DNA of 64,000 nt from Azolla caroliniana. Its lineage: Eukaryota; Plantae; Polypodiophyta. The notes beneath the pieces are model-generated. The model was given only the letters and a program-made list of their open reading frames with translations. It made no database searches and was not told the origin of the DNA. Shown piece by piece: positions 23,476 to 34,185 of this stretch. Location: assembly GCA_043228905.1 (NCBI GenBank), contig JBHGNT010000015.1, positions 14,446,001 through 14,510,000 of the forward strand, in the 5' to 3' direction. Every line of letters starts with the position of its first letter. Position 1 is the stretch's first letter. The position numbers and the translations under genes are program-made.

Positions 23476-23915
23476 CACAGTTACACGCTCTCGCTTCTTG
23501 CAGCAACAAGAATGACAACAACTCTACTAAAAGTTTGCCCTAAGTCATATTTATACTAATATGACTTTTTGGCTATTTACAAATATAGCCTCGATGGATT
23601 CTCAGAAACATATTTACGAATATGTCTCTTCATCCGGTGAGCATTCCTCACCGGGTCTGCACCATCCGGCTCTCCGTAGCCGGGTACTCCTCATCCGGTT
23701 CTCACCAGGTCTGCACCATCAGGCTCTCCATAGCCGGGTACTCCTCATCCGGTTCTCACCGGGTCTGCACCATCTGGCTCTCCGTAGCCGGGTACTCCTC
23801 ATCCGATTCTCACCGGGTCTGCACCATCCGGCTCTCCGTAGCCAGGTACTCCTCATCCGGTTCTCACCGGGTCTGCACCATCTCTCTTCCATCCGGAGGG
23901 ACCTATCTCCCAACA
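23152..23915 (-). mobile_element. Solo LTR of a D/G-related copia family inserted in B integrase
   Basis: TG...CA ends, perfect TSD GAATA. Minus strand begins TGTTGGGAGATAGGTCCCTCCGGATGG, like the D/G LTRs. Confidence 0.88.
23647..23882. repeat. 54-bp tandem repeat (about 4.4 copies) in U3 of the solo LTR
   Basis: Unit CTCACCGGGTCTGCACCATCCGGCTCTCCGTAGCCGGGTACTCCTCATCCGGTT starting at 23647, 23701, 23755, 23809 and (partial) 23863. Confidence 0.93.
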
Positions 23916-26438
23916 GAATATATGTCATCGTGATGAGTTACGACCGACATACCCGCTCACCATACACTTCAAATGGATGGTGGATCTGGTCTCGATGCCA
24001 ATGGGAGTGGGACAAACGAAGTACTTAGTACTGGCAAGAGAAGACTTGACAAATCAAGTGGAAGGACGAGCCTTGACGAATAAGATGACATCAACTGTTT
24101 GTAAATTTCTACGTGAAGAGGTGTTTGCCGTTACGGATATGTGGGGAAGGTAGTCGCCGATCGAGGGGAGTTGGATGGACACGAAGCAACAAAGCTTTCG
24201 AACGACTAAACGAGAAACTCTCCCTCATGACTGCCTACAATCCGGAAGCGAATGGGAAGATCGAGTGAGGGCATGGACCTATCGTCAAAGCCATTGTACG
24301 AGCATGCAACAGACGAGTCAGGAATTGGCCACGACTATTGCCCTATGCCTTGTGGGATGACAGAACGACACACAACTCGGTGACAGGGTATATGCCAACG
24401 GAGCTTATGTATGGACAAAAGCCGGTGATGCCCATCGAAAGGACGATCGCCTCATGGGTAGCGATACCATGGGTGAACGAGATGAGCTGAGAAGAGTTAT
24501 TGGCGACACAGATAAGGCATCTTGAAAGGAAACCTGAAGATCTAGAAAAAACGTGAAAGATGATGGAGGCAACCCGAGTAAAGAACAAAATTCGGTTCGA
24601 CAAGACGCATCGACTACGTCCCAAGAAGATCGAAGAAGGGGATTGGGTATTAGTCTATGATAGTAGCCTTGACAATCAACACAGTACAACAAGGAAGTTC
24701 ACAAGAAGATGGTTTGGACCATATGTGGTGACAAGTGCTAACGACAATGCCACATACCACCTTGCGGAGCTAGATGGATCAAGGTTGGCCATACCCATTG
24801 CGGGAAAAAGAGTAAAGATTTTCAAGAAAAGACAAGACGAGGATCTTGACCTTGATCACCTCGACGATGAAGATAGTAGGATAGAAGTAAATGAGGACGT
24901 GGAGGAGTCATACTGATCACTACTGCCGAAATCTCACTTTCTCTCTTCTTGGCACGTACCGGAGGACGTGCGGTTTGGTGGGACTGGATGTCGTGAAGAT
25001 TTTCGGCGATAGTGTGGAAATTGTAAGGAACATTCGAAATCGAGTGTGGCTCTTCTCACGAGACAATAATAGTGAAGATAATATTTTGAATAAATTTAAT
25101 ATCTTGGTACAAAAAGATGGAGGTCTTCAAGAGCTTTCAAATGTGCTTTACCACATAAAAAACGGTCATATAAGTGACAAGTTATGTGGGAGTGAAGTAT
25201 GAGAAGGAAGAAGAGAAAAATAAAATTGTGAGATATCCCACATAGACAGGACAAACAAGGACCCTACAATATATAAAGTAGAGCAAAAGCTATTATCTTT
25301 GTGTCTATGTGAGGAGCACACATGTTTCAGAGAGTTGGGTAGTTGCAAAAAGCCAACGTGAGATCCAAGAGACAAATGGTAGGAAACAAATGTAAAATTA
25401 AAAGGTAAAAAATTAGAATGTAAAAAGGGGGGTGCTTTTTTTTATATATGAATTTAAGAGAAAAAAATTCGTTATCAAATTGATCGTGTAACTTGTTTCT
25501 TAAATCTAAAGTCAATTGCTCAATCTTAATCTCTCTCTTTTGCCATATCAATCTCTCTCAAATTATCTTAAATACTTTCTCGCTAAAGTTTGTGCCAACT
25601 TCGAATCCTTTTGGTCGAGAACCCCAACGGTTTCACCTTGCAATCCGTGCTTAGTGACGGATCTTCACAACGGTACCGACTTCACAATTTCCCCCTCAGG
25701 ACCGATCGACTGGATGAAGTCGTCGAACTTCTTGTACCACTGTCGTAGCGCCTATTTCAGGCTGTAAAGACTCTTCCTGAGTCGGTAGACTAGATGTTCT
25801 TGGTCGGATGTCACAAAGCCTTTCGGTTGCTCCATATAAATTTCCACCTCAAGATCATCGTGAAGGGAAGCCATTTTGACATCTAGTTGAATCACCTCCA
25901 AATTCTCGGTTGCCACTACGCCGAGCATAAAGCGAAGAGTGGTCATTTTCACCATTGGCGAAAATTTTTCGTTGAAGTCGACGCCATGTTCCCGTCGAAA
26001 ACCCTTTGCTACTAATCTGGCTTTGAATTTTCAGTTGGCCGAATCAGATGTCTCCTTGATTCGATAGACCCACTTGCGCGGAAGAGGACGTCGATCTTTC
26101 GGTAATTCGACCAGGTCCGAAGTCTCATTTGCATGAATGGAATTCATTTCAGACTCCATTGCCAGATGCCAGGGGGCCGAATTGGGTGACGCCGATGCGT
26201 CTTTGTATGACGTCGGTTCTTCGGCGTTCGTAAAGAAGATACCAAGAGAGTATCTCTCTGGACTGGTCGCATCAAGTGTCATGGTCAGATGGTCCAAAGT
26301 CGAATCGTTTGGCTATGCCAAGTTGAAATTCTCTGAGTCGGTGTTAGAAGGTTCAGCTACCCGTGAAGCTGACCGTGTGTTATGCGTTGGGCCTTTTTGA
26401 AGGGTTGGCACTTCGATCGGCTTTTCAACTGATTGATG

Positions 26439-29400
26439 TGTTGGGATTACGGTCCCTTCGGATGGGATGGTCGGATCCGGTTGTCGGTTTCGGATCCGGA
26501 TGACGAAGACCCCGGTTTCGGTACCGGATGACGAATGTACCCGGAGAGCGATCCGGATGCAGGGACATATCCGTGAATATGTTCGCTATGGGCCCCTGAG
26601 GCTACAGTTGTAAATAGCCCAAAGTCATATGAGTATAAATATGACTTAGGGCAAACTGTTTTGTTGTTGCTTCTCATTTTTCTGTTTTTTTCCACTCAAG
26701 AGGAGTGAAGAGTAAGCAGCCGTGAGAGAGAGAGAGAGAGAGATAGAGCGCGAGAGAGGAAGAGGACGACGCCTCTGTGTATTTCCGCCGCCTGTGGCGA
26801 GGACAGCGAGCTCAAGGTTGTCGCCTTGGAGCTCGTCATTGTATACTTCTCTTTGTATAGTGTTGTTTGGAGTCTTGTACTCCCGTGGTTTTTCCCATCT
26901 AGGGTTTTCCACGTTAATCACTGTGTACTCGTGTATTTCTCTTTTGGTTCCTATTTTCTGCTCCATTGATCCGCAATTACTCGGTTGTGGCCGAGTGAAG
27001 AAGGTGAATCGAAGCGTTGATTCTCGACAAACTGGTATCAGAGCGACTGTTGCAGAAAATGGAAGGCGGCGGCAGCGGGCAGCCGGGGATGATGGTGCTG
27101 AACGCACAGAATTACGCCGACTGGAAGATCAAGATGGAGGATCTTCTGATTGTTCGGGACCTGTACGAACCGATTGACAGGTCGGAAATACCGAAGGGGG
27201 TACTTGAGTCGGAGTGGAAGCTCCTGAACCGGAAAGCCGTAGCAACGATCCGACAATATGTCGATGTAAGCGTCCTACAACATGTGGCGAACGACACCAA
27301 CGCATATGAAATGTGGAAGAAGCTGTCGGGCCTCTACGAGAGGAAGAATGCGTTGAACCGGACCTCCCTGATGAGGAAGATTGTGAATCTCAAGTACCGG
27401 GACGGCGAGAGTATGGTGGAACACGTAAGCACGTTCATGGGATTCGTGAATCAGCTTGCGGCGATCAAGTTCCCGCTGGAGGATGCAATGCAAGCCATCA
27501 TCTTGATGTGTACATTGCCGGACAGCTGGGAGAACTTGGTGGTGACTCTCAGCACCTCCTGCACCGAAGATAACTTGTCCTTGCAAACGGTAAAGACAAG
27601 TATCTTGAACGAAGAAGCGCGTCGGAGAGACAAGGAACCGGCCTCCGAACCGAAGATGCTATTTACCGAATCGGATCGGGGAAGACAATGGAACCGGAGT
27701 CCGCAAAGACGGGAGAAGTCGGGGACCCGGTCGCAGTCAAGAGGAAGGCCCACATGCTTCCACTGTGGGAAGCCGGGGCACTTCCGAAAGAACTGTCGGC
27801 ATTACCGAAAAGACAACGGAGCCGACGACACCGATTCGAAGAAGTCACCGGAGAGAAACGGTGCATACCGGGGAGCCACGGACCGGAGAGGTTCGGATCG
27901 GCGAGGGCAGGACCGGAAAGGAACGACGGCACTCGCGGCAAGTGAAGAAGAAATCATGCTCATCACCGAAGAAGGTGAGCTAAACATTGCCGGCGATGAG
28001 ACGACCTGGGTGGTCGATTCCGGAGCATCGTTCCACCTGACCCCGGAGAGAAGATACTTCTCATCCTACACAGCCGGGGAGCATGGCTGCGTTCGGATGG
28101 GAAACGAAGGTACGTGCCGGATTGCCGGCATAGGAGACGTGTGGTTGACAACCCCGACCGGATGCAAAATGCTGCTGAAGAATGTCCGACACGTTCCGGA
28201 GGTCCGACTGAACCTGATTTCGGCCGGGAGGCTAGATGATGAAGGCTACACGGGTAGCATCCGGAACGGTGTCATGAAGTTCAGCAAGGGGAGCTTGATA
28301 GTGGCTCGGGCCCGGAAGGTCAACACACTGTACCTGATGAATGCCTGGTTGTGTCCGGAAGAGCTGAACGTGGCAGCCGACACTGCCGGTGAGCTGTGGC
28401 ACAAAAGACTGTGCCACATGAGTGAGAAGGGGATGAAGAGGCTTGCAGAAGACAACCTTATCCCAGTGAAGCATGTGCACCTGGAGAAGTGCACCGATTG
28501 CCTGGCCGGTAAGCAGAACCGAACTTCCTTCCACTCAAGGCCACCGACGAGACGCAGTGCACCATTGGAGTTGGTGCACACGGACGTGTGTCAAGTAGAA
28601 ACGAAGTCACATGGCGGAGCCCAGTACTTCGTAACATTCATCGATGATCATAGCCGAAAACTGTGGACGGCACCGATGAAGACAAAGGACCAAGTGTTGT
28701 GCGTCTTCAAAGAACTCCACGCGAGAGTGGAAAGAGAATCCGGCAAGAAGCTGAAAGCAATACGAGCGGATAACGGAGGGGAATACCGGGGGCAGTTCCA
28801 GGAGTACTGTCGCTCGAAGGGAATCCGACTCGAATTTACTGTGCCGAAGACGCCGGAACTGAACGGGCTGGCCGAGAGGATGAACCGGACCATAATGGAG
28901 AGGGTCCGGAGTATGCTGGCACATGCGAAATTACCCAAGGGATTTTGGGCTGAGGCAATGTCGACGGCGACATATGTGATAAACAGATCACCCTCAGTAC
29001 CTTTGGACGGAGACACGCCGCAGAGAGTGTGGACCGGTAGGGAAGTATCCTACCGGCATCTGAAGGTGTTCGGGTGTCTCGCATACGTGCACGTGGCGAA
29101 GGACCGGAGAGGAAAGCTAGATCCGAAGACCCGGCCATGCATATTCCTCGGTTACGGCGACGACGAGTTCGGCTACCGAGTATGGGACCCGGTCGACAAG
29201 AAGATATTCAGGAGTCGAGATATCGTCTTTATGGAGGACGAGACACTCACCGACTGGGAGTCGGAGAAGAAGATGAAGAGCTCCAAGTCGACTGGTGAGG
29301 ATAAACTCTACGAGGAGCAGTCCCGACCGGCAAGGGACCGGTTAGCACTCGAGGATCCGGCCGAAGACGGTGAAGAAAGAGAACCGGCCGAGGAAGATGA

Positions 29401-31736
29401 AAATGATACCGGAACCGTTCCCGATCCCGAAATGGATTCGGATGAAGAAGAAGAATCGGGAGAACCGGTTACCGAAGCTCCGGAACGGAGATATCCTCTA
29501 AGAGAGAGAAGGGCCCCCCGGAGATTTCCGGAACCAGAGCACGTGCTACTAACCGACGAGGGGGAGCCGGAGAGCTTTGAAGAAGCAAAGCATGACACCC
29601 AGAGCCGCAAGTGGTTGAGTGCCATGCAGGACGAGATGGATTCCCTGCATGAGAACCACACATATGAACTTGTGGAGTTGCCGAAAGGAAAGCGGGCACT
29701 TCGAAACAAGTGGGTGTTCAAGCTGAAACCGGGAGATGCCGGAAACCCCCCGAGATACAAAGCCAGGATCGTGGTGAAGGGGTTTCAGCAGAAGAAGGGC
29801 GTCGACTTCGACGAGATATTTGCCCCGGTAGTGAAGATGACCTCTATCCGGACGGTGCTGAGCATAGCGGCAAGCATGGACCTCGAGGTAGAACAGATGG
29901 ACGTGAAGACGGCATTCCTTCACGGTGACCTCGATGAAGAGATCTACATGCAGCAACCGGAAGGATTCGAGAAGAAAGGGAAGGAGCACCTGGTATGCCG
30001 GTTGAAGAAGAGCCTTTACGGACTGAAGCAGGCTCCCCGGCAATGGTACCGGAAGTTCGACTCCTTCATGACCGACGAAGGGTACCTCAAAACGCAGTCC
30101 GACCACTGCGTGTTTGTGAAGAAGTTCGAAGGAGGAGACTCTCTAATACTCCTCCTGTACGTGGACGACATGTTGATCGTCGGACGGGACCAGGTCAAGA
30201 TACGGATGCTGAAGAAGGCTCTTCACCGAACCTTCTCAATGAAGGACCTGGGTCCGGCGAGGCAAATACTAGGGATGCACATCATCCGGGACCGGAAGAA
30301 GAAGCAGTTGGGGCTGTCACAGGAGAAGTACGTGACGAAGGTGCTTCACCGGTTCAACATGTCGGAAGCGAGACCGGTCGGATCGACCCTCCCGACAAAC
30401 TGCAAGCTGACCAGCAAGCAAAGTCCCAAGACAAAGGCTGAAAAGGAGGATATGATGGAAGTGCCGTATGCCTCAGCCGTCGGGAGCTTGATGTACGCCA
30501 TGGTGTGTACGAGACCGGACATAGGATATGCAGTCGGAGTGGTGAGCCGGTACATGAGCAATCCCGGCAAAGAGCACTGGAACGCGGTCAAGTGGATACT
30601 CCGATACCTGAAGGGCACGGCAAACGTGTGCCTCCGATTCGGCTCCGGTAAGCCCGAACTCGAAGGCTTTACTGATTCTGATATGTCGGCTGATGCAGAT
30701 ACCAGCCGGTCCACATCAGGGTATGTGATGACGTATGCAGGGGGAGCTGTTTCGTGGCAGTCGAGGCTGCAGAAGACGGTTGCGTTGTCAACCACGGAGG
30801 CGGAGTACATGGCGGCTGTTGAAGCCGGCAAGGAAATAATATGGATGAAGGACTTCATTAGAGAGCTCGGTATCCGGCAGGAGGAGTACCGACTCTACTG
30901 CGACAGTCAGAGTGCAATCCACCTTGCAAAGAACGCGGCCTATCACTCCCGGACGAAGCACATCCAGCGAAGATATCACTGGATCCGGGAAAGGATAGAA
31001 GACAAGGAGTTCGTGCTGACGAAGATCCACACGGACGAGAACGGGTCGGATATGCTGACCAAGGTGCTCACACCCGACAAGCTGGAAGCATGCCGGAAGA
31101 GGATCGGATTGGAGAAACATCCCATGCCGAAGTGAAGGGGGAGTTTGTTGGGATTACGGTCCCTTCGGATGGGATGGTCGGATCTGGTTGTCGGTTTCGG
31201 ATCCGGATGACGAAGACCCCGGTTTCGGTACCGGATGACGAATGTACCCGGAGAGCGATCCGGATGCAGGGACATATCCGTGAATATGTTCGCTATGGGC
31301 CCCTGAGGCTACAGTTGTAAATAGCCCAAAGTCATATGAGTATAAATATGACTTAGGGCAAACTGTTTTGTTGTTGCTTCTCATTTTTCTGTTTTTTTCC
31401 ACTCAAGAGGAGTGAAGAGTAAGCAGCCGTGAGAGAGAGAGAGAGAGAGATAGAGCGCGAGAGAGGAAGAGGACGACGCCTCTGTGTATTTCCGCCGCCT
31501 GTGGCGAGGACAGCGAGCTCAAGGTTGTCGCCTTGGAGCTCGTCATTGTATACTTCTCTTTGTATAGTGTTGTTTGGAGTCTTGTACTCCCGTGGTTTTT
31601 CCCATCTAGGGTTTTCCACGTTAATCACTGTGTACTCGTGTATTTCTCTTTTGGTTCCTATTTTCTGCTCCATTGATCCGCAATTACTCGGTTGTGGCCG
31701 AGTGAAGAAGGTGAATCGAAGCGTTGATTCTCAACA
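26439..31736 (+). mobile_element. Element D: intact Ty1/copia (Tork/Tnt1-Tto1-like)
   Basis: 591-bp LTRs 26439-27029 and 31146-31736 with 2 differences seen. Perfect TSD TGATG. tRNA-iMet PBS at 27033-27044; PPT at 31134-31143. Confidence 0.96.
27059..31135 (+). CDS. Gag-Pol polyprotein of D, 1358 aa from the first ATG
   Basis: Uninterrupted: CFHCGKPGHFRKNC, WVVDSGAS, HHCC plus DDE integrase, GKLD, YVDD, RNaseH (TDSD...SDMLTK). Confidence 0.95.
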   Translation: MEGGGSGQPGMMVLNAQNYADWKIKMEDLLIVRDLYEPIDRSEIPKGVLESEWKLLNRKAVATIRQYVDVSVLQHVANDTNAYEMWKKLSGLYERKNALNRTSLMRKIVNLKYRDGESMVEHVSTFMGFVNQLAAIKFPLEDAMQAIILMCTLPDSWENLVVTLSTSCTEDNLSLQTVKTSILNEEARRRDKEPASEPKMLFTESDRGRQWNRSPQRREKSGTRSQSRGRPTCFHCGKPGHFRKNCRHYRKDNGADDTDSKKSPERNGAYRGATDRRGSDRRGQDRKGTTALAASEEEIMLITEEGELNIAGDETTWVVDSGASFHLTPERRYFSSYTAGEHGCVRMGNEGTCRIAGIGDVWLTTPTGCKMLLKNVRHVPEVRLNLISAGRLDDEGYTGSIRNGVMKFSKGSLIVARARKVNTLYLMNAWLCPEELNVAADTAGELWHKRLCHMSEKGMKRLAEDNLIPVKHVHLEKCTDCLAGKQNRTSFHSRPPTRRSAPLELVHTDVCQVETKSHGGAQYFVTFIDDHSRKLWTAPMKTKDQVLCVFKELHARVERESGKKLKAIRADNGGEYRGQFQEYCRSKGIRLEFTVPKTPELNGLAERMNRTIMERVRSMLAHAKLPKGFWAEAMSTATYVINRSPSVPLDGDTPQRVWTGREVSYRHLKVFGCLAYVHVAKDRRGKLDPKTRPCIFLGYGDDEFGYRVWDPVDKKIFRSRDIVFMEDETLTDWESEKKMKSSKSTGEDKLYEEQSRPARDRLALEDPAEDGEEREPAEEDENDTGTVPDPEMDSDEEEESGEPVTEAPERRYPLRERRAPRRFPEPEHVLLTDEGEPESFEEAKHDTQSRKWLSAMQDEMDSLHENHTYELVELPKGKRALRNKWVFKLKPGDAGNPPRYKARIVVKGFQQKKGVDFDEIFAPVVKMTSIRTVLSIAASMDLEVEQMDVKTAFLHGDLDEEIYMQQPEGFEKKGKEHLVCRLKKSLYGLKQAPRQWYRKFDSFMTDEGYLKTQSDHCVFVKKFEGGDSLILLLYVDDMLIVGRDQVKIRMLKKALHRTFSMKDLGPARQILGMHIIRDRKKKQLGLSQEKYVTKVLHRFNMSEARPVGSTLPTNCKLTSKQSPKTKAEKEDMMEVPYASAVGSLMYAMVCTRPDIGYAVGVVSRYMSNPGKEHWNAVKWILRYLKGTANVCLRFGSGKPELEGFTDSDMSADADTSRSTSGYVMTYAGGAVSWQSRLQKTVALSTTEAEYMAAVEAGKEIIWMKDFIRELGIRQEEYRLYCDSQSAIHLAKNAAYHSRTKHIQRRYHWIRERIEDKEFVLTKIHTDENGSDMLTKVLTPDKLEACRKRIGLEKHPMPK

Positions 31737-33102
31737 TGATGCATGGCCAACTCATTGAACACGACGTCCGAACTTTGGACGACCTATCTGTGTTCGGGGT
31801 CCCAGAGTCGGTATCCCATTTCGCCATCTGTTCCATAACCGAGGAAAATACATTTCCTGGACCGTGGTGCAAGTTTGTGGCGATCATCTTTTGGGACGAG
31901 GGCATATGCCTCACATCCGAAAATCCTTAGCTTGTCGTAATTCGGCTTACTATCGATACATAATTCCCGAGGTATCCGAAGTCCTAGAGGCCTACTCGGC
32001 AACATATTGATTATGTGGACTATCGTAAGTAGGGCCTCTGCCCAGAAGTCATCTGATAGTACGTAGTGTTGGAGCATGGAAACTATCCGTTCTTGAATTG
32101 TCCGATTCATTCGCTCGGCAATTCCATTCTACTCTAACTATGAGGCGCCGTAAATTCATGTTGTATATCGCGTTGTCAGAAAAATTTGACAAATTCCTTT
32201 GATTTGAACTCTCCCCCGTTATCGGACCGAAAGCATTTCAGTTTTCGGTTGGACTAATTCTCAACCATGGCGAGCGAATCGGAAAATATCGAGAAAACAC
32301 GATCTTTGGTTTTGATCGGATAAGCCCACACCTTCCGAGTCGAGTCCTCAATGAAGCTGACAAAATACAGAGCGCCGTCGAGGGATTGATGTGGCATAGG
32401 ACCACATACGCCCGAGTGGACCAAATCAAGCAGACTCAATTCTCTTGGGGTTGATGAAGGGTGTGTTACGGCTATTGCTTGCCATATTGGCAATGCTCGC
32501 AGAACTGATGATATGAGAAGGAGAGTTTGGGGATGGATCTAGCTCTAGATAAGTGTGTGATGCCGGCCTTACTGAGGTGTTCGAGTCGTCTGTGCCAGAG
32601 TGATGACATAGGAATGTCAACCAAAAATAGGTCACCCTCTCTGAGTGTGACATGCAAAGGATACAATGAGTGTATCTTTGGTCCTCGAGCAAGTAGGAGG
32701 TTCCCTCTGTGGAGTGTCCACCCTCCTGATGAGAAGCCAACACAGATGCCGTCTTCATCCAATTGTTTGACTGAGATCAGTGGTCGTGAGAGCTCAGGTA
32801 CGTGTTAGACATTGCGTAGTACTAATGTAGAGCCATCCGCAAGGTTGAGCTCTACTGTGCTGATTTCAATTATGTCGCAATGTTGTGAATTTCATACCCA
32901 AATTGAGTCGGAATGTCGGGTCGTGTATTGCCGAAATTGGGATCGATGAGGAGTCACATGAAAAGATGCACCCGAATCTAAGAGCCACGTGCTCGATTCT
33001 TCAATCGTAAGTAGAACTTATGATTCGCATGGGTTCCAATTGATAGTATATTCGGGTCGTTTATCAATACTTCGGCCGAAGAGCCGATGTAGTTTATCTC
33101 CT

Positions 33103-33795
33103 CGTGTTAGCCATTCTTCTGCTTGGCTTGCTGAGCCTTATCGTTTTTGGCTTTGAGTGCACAACAATCAGCTTTGATCTGTCTAGGTTTCTTGTAGTAG
33201 TTGCATACTCGATTATCCCGTGACTTGCTCCGACTTCACTGATTGTTCGATTGCCGTGAAGAATCTCTTCCATGGCTATTCGATCGGTCGGTCGAACCTT
33301 GTACTACGTAAGCGTTGTTGGCTGAATGGTTAGCAAACGATTTTCTCCGAGCCGCTTCAGTTAGAATTTGCGTTCGTGACTGAAGAGTACTTGACGGGAG
33401 CTGTCGACACATTGCACACGGTTGTGACAAAAGTTTCCCACGAAGGAGGAAGACTACTCATAAGCGTGTTAGCCATTCTTCTGCTTGGCTTGCTGAGCCT
33501 TATCGTTTTTGGCTTTGAGTGCACAACAATCGGCTTTGATCTGTCTGGGTTTCTTGTAGTAGTTGCATACTCGATTATCCCGTGACTTGCTTCGACTTCA
33601 TTGATTGTTCGACTGCCGTGAAGAATCTCTTCCACGGCTATTCGATCGGTTGGTCGAACCTTGTACTACGTAAGCGTTGTTGGCTGAATGGTTAGCAAAC
33701 GATTTTCTCCGAGCCGCTTCAGTCAGATTTGCGTTCGTGACTGAAGAGTACTTGACGGGACCTGTCGACACATTGCACACGGTTGTGACAAAAGT
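33103..33795 (-). repeat. Tandem duplication (period 362 bp) within A gag
   Basis: 33103-33464 is repeated from 33465. ORFs 33236-33430 and 33598-33819 encode the same peptide. Confidence 0.9.
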
Positions 33796-34185
33796 GTCCC
33801 CTGCGTCAGACTCTTTCATCCAAAGGTTTTAAAGGTGCCGAATAAGGTATATCTTGGTGGTTGCGACCTTCTTTTCGTAAGTGTCTGAAAGTGTCTTCCA
33901 TAGTTGGAAGGCAGTTGAACACGATTGCACCGTTAAGTACACGGAATCCGATAGGTGCATTCGAATGGTGGCTCGGACGATTCTGTCAAGCCTTTCCCAT
34001 TCAAGCGACTTGTATCCTTCTGGAGGGTCTTTATTCTCAATGGGGTCAATTTGCCCCTTGACTATTAAATAGTCCTGCATTTGCTTCTTCCCGAAGTTGA
34101 AGTTTGATCCGTCGAACTTCCTTAGAATCATCTCTGACGAGCCGGATGTTGAAGCCATCTGTGTTGGTATAATAGACTTTGTTCG

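Larger units (their letters stand above)
20264..24916 (+). pseudogene. Pol (RT-RH-IN) of element B, disrupted and interrupted by two insertions
   Basis: RT motifs DLYSGYDQ and PQGATNS, RH VDTSPTG, IN H-H-C-C and WFGPYVV. Collinear with B2. Confidence 0.85.
11531..25669 (+). mobile_element. Element B: non-chromoviral Ty3/gypsy (Phygy/Selgy-like by inference), degenerate
   Basis: LTRs 11531-12214 and 24989-25669 (about 99% alike). Gag, protease LIDHGSEIN, RT (FLDN), RNaseH and integrase in gypsy order, with several stops. Probable TSD ACGG. Confidence 0.9.

Noticed and set aside
23561-24028. ORF with 18-aa repeats; superficially CRISPR-like periodicity
   Set aside because: Head-to-tail 54-bp LTR repeat with no unique spacers, no cas genes and a eukaryotic context.
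11531-25669. Nested C has slightly more diverged LTRs (about 7/430) than its host B (about 6/684)
   Set aside because: Counts are too small to be significant, and B LTRs are AT-rich, so no real age paradox is shown.
27038-31275. Many antisense and alternate-frame ORFs over D (and G)
   Set aside because: Expected shadows of a GC-rich coding strand.
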